From assembly GCA_043228905.1 (NCBI GenBank), contig JBHGNT010000005.1, positions 12,028,001 through 12,092,000 of the forward strand: a DNA stretch of 64,000 nt, read 5' to 3'. The translations under genes and the position numbers were made by a program. The DNA is from Azolla caroliniana (lineage: Eukaryota > Plantae > Polypodiophyta). The first letter of the stretch is position 1. Each line of letters begins with the position of its first letter. A model generated the notes under the pieces. It had not been told where the DNA came from. It saw nothing but the letters and a program-made list of their open reading frames with translations, and ran no database searches. Shown piece by piece: positions 59,379 through 64,000 of this stretch.

Positions 59379-62300
59379 CTAACTTGTCTTCTGTTTCTCC
59401 ATTTCTGAACTACTAGGGTAATTATTAATCTGAGCAGAGCCTGATTCTCCACACACACTGCCTTCTCCAGTCATATCATGATGAATTGCACATTCTATTT
59501 CCTCTGCATTGATCTCTGAAATATTAATGGAATCTTTACACATTGCGCCTTCTTCAGTCATGTCATGATAAACTTCACATCCTGCCTCTGGTACACAAAT
59601 ATGTGCAGTTCTATCTTGCTGTGTGACCAGATCGTTGGACACCATGGTCAATGATTCCTTGATACTAACCTGTAATCACAAGAGAAATCAAACTTAGAAG
59701 TTCACTACTTCGCAAAAATAAGCAATTGACTTTAGGGTGATAGAACAAGACTGAAAATCAACAATGCATCTTTAAGCTCTTTCTCAAACGTTCTCCTGAT
59801 AGGACTTCCCTACCCCTAGTTGAAACATGATGTAGTCCAGATGTTCTATATATGCATATTAGAAACCAATCATTTTTACATTATTAAATAAACTTACACT
59901 GGTTGTTCCTTTTGATAATGATTCATCAAGCCCTTCTGACTGCTGTGTCATCTTCAAAAATACTTTTTCTAATGTTGTCAAGCTAATGTGGATATCAGCG
60001 ATTTTTAGTTCATCCTTCATTACTTGTAGAGTTTTGAAAATTTCCTGTAGTTACATGGCTTATTAATTTCTTTCAAATTGTTGATTTATGGAAATTTCCT
60101 TCATAGAATTTGAAAACTGATTTGGGTCCTGACGCTATTTCCACTTATGATATGAGTGTGTCTGTCAAATGGTGATGTGAGAGCTTCACATACATTTTTA
60201 TGAGTTTCCTTGATAATTAAATAAGTTAACATGATATCCACATTGTTGGATTGCCTCTTAAGATTTTGACGAGTAAAATATGAATTTCAACCATGATGAA
60301 AAGGTAAATTCCCTACTTTCATCTACATAAATTCAGAAGATTCAAACATTCATCAACATCAGACAAGAAGTAAATGGAACCTAACGGATGAGAACTAGTG
60401 AGAGATTTCATGAAAAATCAGCATCCTCTCACAGATGTATATATCCGTAAGTGACTTATCCACACAATTTATAAACAATCCAGAAAGAGACATTAGGTAT
60501 TACTGATAAAAGTGTTTCTTTGTGATAAGGAACAACAAAAGTGAGTAAGTCCACGCTTTCTTCTGTGGCGGCAACATCCAAATGCTGTTTTGAAAGCAAG
60601 CACAGCATGTGAGTAGTTTGAAAAATATACTTGTAAATATTCTTAAACGAGACTCATTGCAACAACCTGTTTGAAGAAGCATTTTATAGAAGTTTTGGGT
60701 AATCTATATCCTGTATAGAACTTATCTGGAGAAGCATGATCTTTTTGTATCCGGATATTGACAATATACCCATCTCCAAAACGTGACTTTAGCCATATTG
60801 GCGTGCCAATACAGCATAATTCACCCCTGGTCATTATAGCGATTCGATCACCAAGAATATCTGCTTCCTCCATGGAATGTGTTGTCAAAATTATGGCACG
60901 CCCCACTTTTGCAGCCTCTATCACACTCCATACATGTCTGCGTGTTACAGGATCCATTCCGGTTGTCTGTAAATCTCATCAAACACGTGAACATTATTCC
61001 AGACTCGGCGGCATATTAAGTAAAAGCACCTTAAAATAACTCACATAATTATATTACTGGTGTTTACAGTTGATGACTATTAAGTAAACGCACCTTAAAA
61101 TAACTCACATAATTATATTGCTAGTGTTTAAAGTTAATGACTATTAAGTGAGAATTGCAACAATCTTATCCAGCCAACAGTAGCCATTTAAGGGAAGCAT
61201 ATGTTATTTTTGTACGTATAAGATTTATAAGGGGTATTTACAGGCTCATCAAGGCAGACAAATTTTGGATCACCAATCAAAGCAATAGCAACACTAAGAC
61301 GCCTTTTCATTCCTCCACTGTAATTTTCAGCCTTCACATTCTTCACATCTGACAATTTAACACGTTCGAGCAACTCCAAACAATGCTTTTACAAAGCCCA
61401 AAATAGATCCTGTTAGGGTCAGTTGAAGGCAAAAGTGGATAAGAGAAAACACATAACCACTGTATAAGATACATTATATAAGAAACTACCTTACTTTTTT
61501 TATATGGGATGGATGCAAACCCTTGATGCTTGCAAACAAATATAGGTGTTCTAGCCCAGTCAGGACATCCCATAAAATGTTAAACTGCAAATAAATTTGT
61601 GTGAGACTATAAACTCGTCAACAAATGCGAGAAAAAGAGTACAACAGAACTAAAACAACCTGCGGACAAACGCCCATATATCTTCTTATTTGAGACATTC
61701 CAATTGAACTTCTTATAGATTTTCCATACACCAAAACTACATACAATCAAATAGAGACAAAGACACATTCAGTAAATTCATTAAATAAATATAAGCTTTA
61801 TAATCAATCTCTTTTAGAATGCCTTATATGTAGTGTATTTATTAATTTAATTTTTGCCATATTTACCGTTTCCATCTGTGATAGGTAATATTCCTGTTAT
61901 GCAACTGATTGTTGTGGTTTTTCCAGCACCATTTTGTCCAAGCAGGCAAAACAGAGAATCTTTTTCAATGTTCATCCATAATCCCTGCATTTAAAAATAT
62001 CCACTTTTTCACATTTTAGCACGTACTACCATGACAATAACACCGAGACCAAGTATCCAACCCAGATGCCATCATGATCAACCATGTACATGAAATATAC
62101 AATCTGGTGGGAGAATTGTATCCCCATAGGTACATTCAAAAGTTGATGGTTAAAGACTTTGTTGAATTTGCACATTCTCTGATAGCACTGAAAGAGCCAA
62201 TAGTATGCAATGGATCCCATGAGAGGTGTGTACAGGTGTACCCTGATACATGAGACCAAGCAAAAGAGGCTGAAATTCGAATGGTGGCACCATGACGAAT

Positions 62301-64000
62301 TCAGATAATAAGCATAATGTGTATTTCAATTTGTCTAGGGAGTCTTCACACATACACGTCCATATATGTTTATTATGAGAGAATCTGTAAAATGTCCATA
62401 TTTTGTCTCAAGTATTTTTTGCCAAGCTTTTTTATGGACCCAAAAAATAGGCCACAATAAAAGGCTAATGCTAACCTTATATTATTAATCTTCCTTAAAT
62501 ATCTATGTTTCCATTGAAATCTCTTCACATATCAAAGTTTTGATCATTGTCTCTGAGCAAGCAGCCAACTTTTCAAATGATTTTTCTCATGGTACCAGAG
62601 CAGAACGATGAAAATCCATTGGTATCACTGTGTAAACGTAGTTTTCTTTTTCTAGGCAGCAAAAAACCAGAAAGGTGAAAGGGCCTTGAAACCCTGTTTA
62701 ACTGAATATTTAGGCAATGATGACATCTAGAACAACCAGTAGGGTGATATTTTAGTTGTTTGATGGTCTTCAGAGTTCCACAGAGTTAAAGAATAGCCAG
62801 CTACAGACATTAAGTTAGATGAACATGGCACACGATACAAGACCTGGTACATACACCGTTCACAGTTGTACAGCATTTTGGTTGCGGGACACCTTGGTGA
62901 TCTGGGTGGATATAGCATTCGTACCCCTGGTCAATCTTGGTGATATGGCAAAACCTAAACTGTCTATTTGTAACATAGCCTATGATGATTAACTTCATTT
63001 GAAAAGCGTAGATATCAAAACCATAGGGGTTAAGCCACATGCATCTCTTGGCAAGCTTATACATCAATTTTATATCTCAAGAGGATATATATGTATTGGT
63101 TATGGTAGATAACTCGAAATTCATTAAAGAACCATTTACCCAATTACAATAAGTACCAACAACACAAATTTATCTTCAGAGATCTTGATGCTATGAATAC
63201 ATTAAAATATTGGTAGTTTATCTCTCACCTTCACTGCATACTGCAGGACAGATGGCTTGCAACACATCCCTTTCCATGACACATTAGAAAACGTTTTCAC
63301 AAGGCCCTGCACTTGTATTGCTATGCCTGTCGGAGTAACATTCTCATATTTTTCTTTCTTAACCACATCTTCTTCGGCTTTTACATCCTCATCCTTAGCG
63401 TCATCTGAATATATGAGCTGTGCTTTGTCTGATATGTGTTCATTACCTAAAGCTTCAGAAATGGGAATCATCGCGGAAATTTGTAAGTAACATCTTAGCA
63501 ACATCGACATAATTATTTTTACAAAAAGGATGGAGCACCTTCAATTGTCTCGTTTGATTTACAAGTCCAATATGTTCTTTGTAAAAAGTAAAGCCATGGT
63601 TTTCGAACACCATTCATGTCTGGAAATACGTTATCGATGTAAAGAGCAGATATCAGCCACAAAAAAAATGTTCCTGTCAGCCATCTCAGTATGTTGTCCT
63701 GTAGAAAATGTACATGTACATTTATCCTCAGGAAGCAGTGGTTGTGCTTTGCATTTCTTAAACCTAATTTAAGTCTCAAAATGAACTCAAAAATGTCTAC
63801 GGCAGATCATTCATATTTACCATTGTGAGAACACACTCTGGCTGTGAAAAAGAGCATACATGGCGTTCCGCCCAGCTTATGCCTGGATCTTGTTGATTTG
63901 TTGTCGCACGCCCAAGGTAGAAGAGGCCTATAGCTAGCAGATTTGGTGGAAAAAATGACCATACGATTTGATAAGACTTAGACAGGGTTGGATCATAAGG
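59379..64000 (-). CDS. Half-size ABC transporter subfamily A (ABCA2/ATH-like), 3' exons
   Basis: Phase-consistent GT-AG exons: >64000-63821, 63698-63539, ~63446-63229 (acceptor uncertain), 61984-61867 (Walker A GQNGAGKT), 61736-61660 (GVCPQ), 61584-61495, 61385-61242 (YSGGMKRRL, CLDEP), 60966-60667 (TTHSMEEAD), 60584-60504, 60044-59898 (TTLEKVFL), 59669-59379 (stop). Confidence 0.92.

Noticed and set aside
62026-63067. Short ORFs in the long ABCA intron
   Set aside because: The flanking exons join in phase without them, and they have no recognisable motifs.

Overview
Eukaryotic plant DNA, most likely a non-seed plant such as a fern or lycophyte (inferred from the TE lineages). About 1-58.1 kb is a deeply nested pile of decayed transposons. 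It holds two tRNA-Arg-primed non-chromovirus Ty3/Gypsy copies (A, and B nested in A) and two tRNA-Trp-primed Gypsy elements (C 11701-18691; D 22552-27044) plus a related solo LTR. It also holds several Ty1/Copia copies and solo LTRs, two nested self-priming Tcn1/Tf1-type chromoviruses (I 41226-49860; J 43963-48055), two copies of a LINE abutting (CT)n tracts, and a hAT transposon (36285-39955). The only host gene is the 3' part of a half-size ABCA transporter (minus strand, 59379 to beyond 64000). Most notable: (1) tRNA-like RNA polymerase III A-box/B-box cassettes are embedded in the LTRs of three different Gypsy families; (2) the Trp-primed lineage makes 4-bp TSDs centred on CCGN; (3) the LINE appears to target (CT)n; (4) element D is a gag-pro-only element whose PPT is recruited from pol coding sequence; (5) several deletion junctions carry templated filler DNA. 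All alignments and counts were made by eye.
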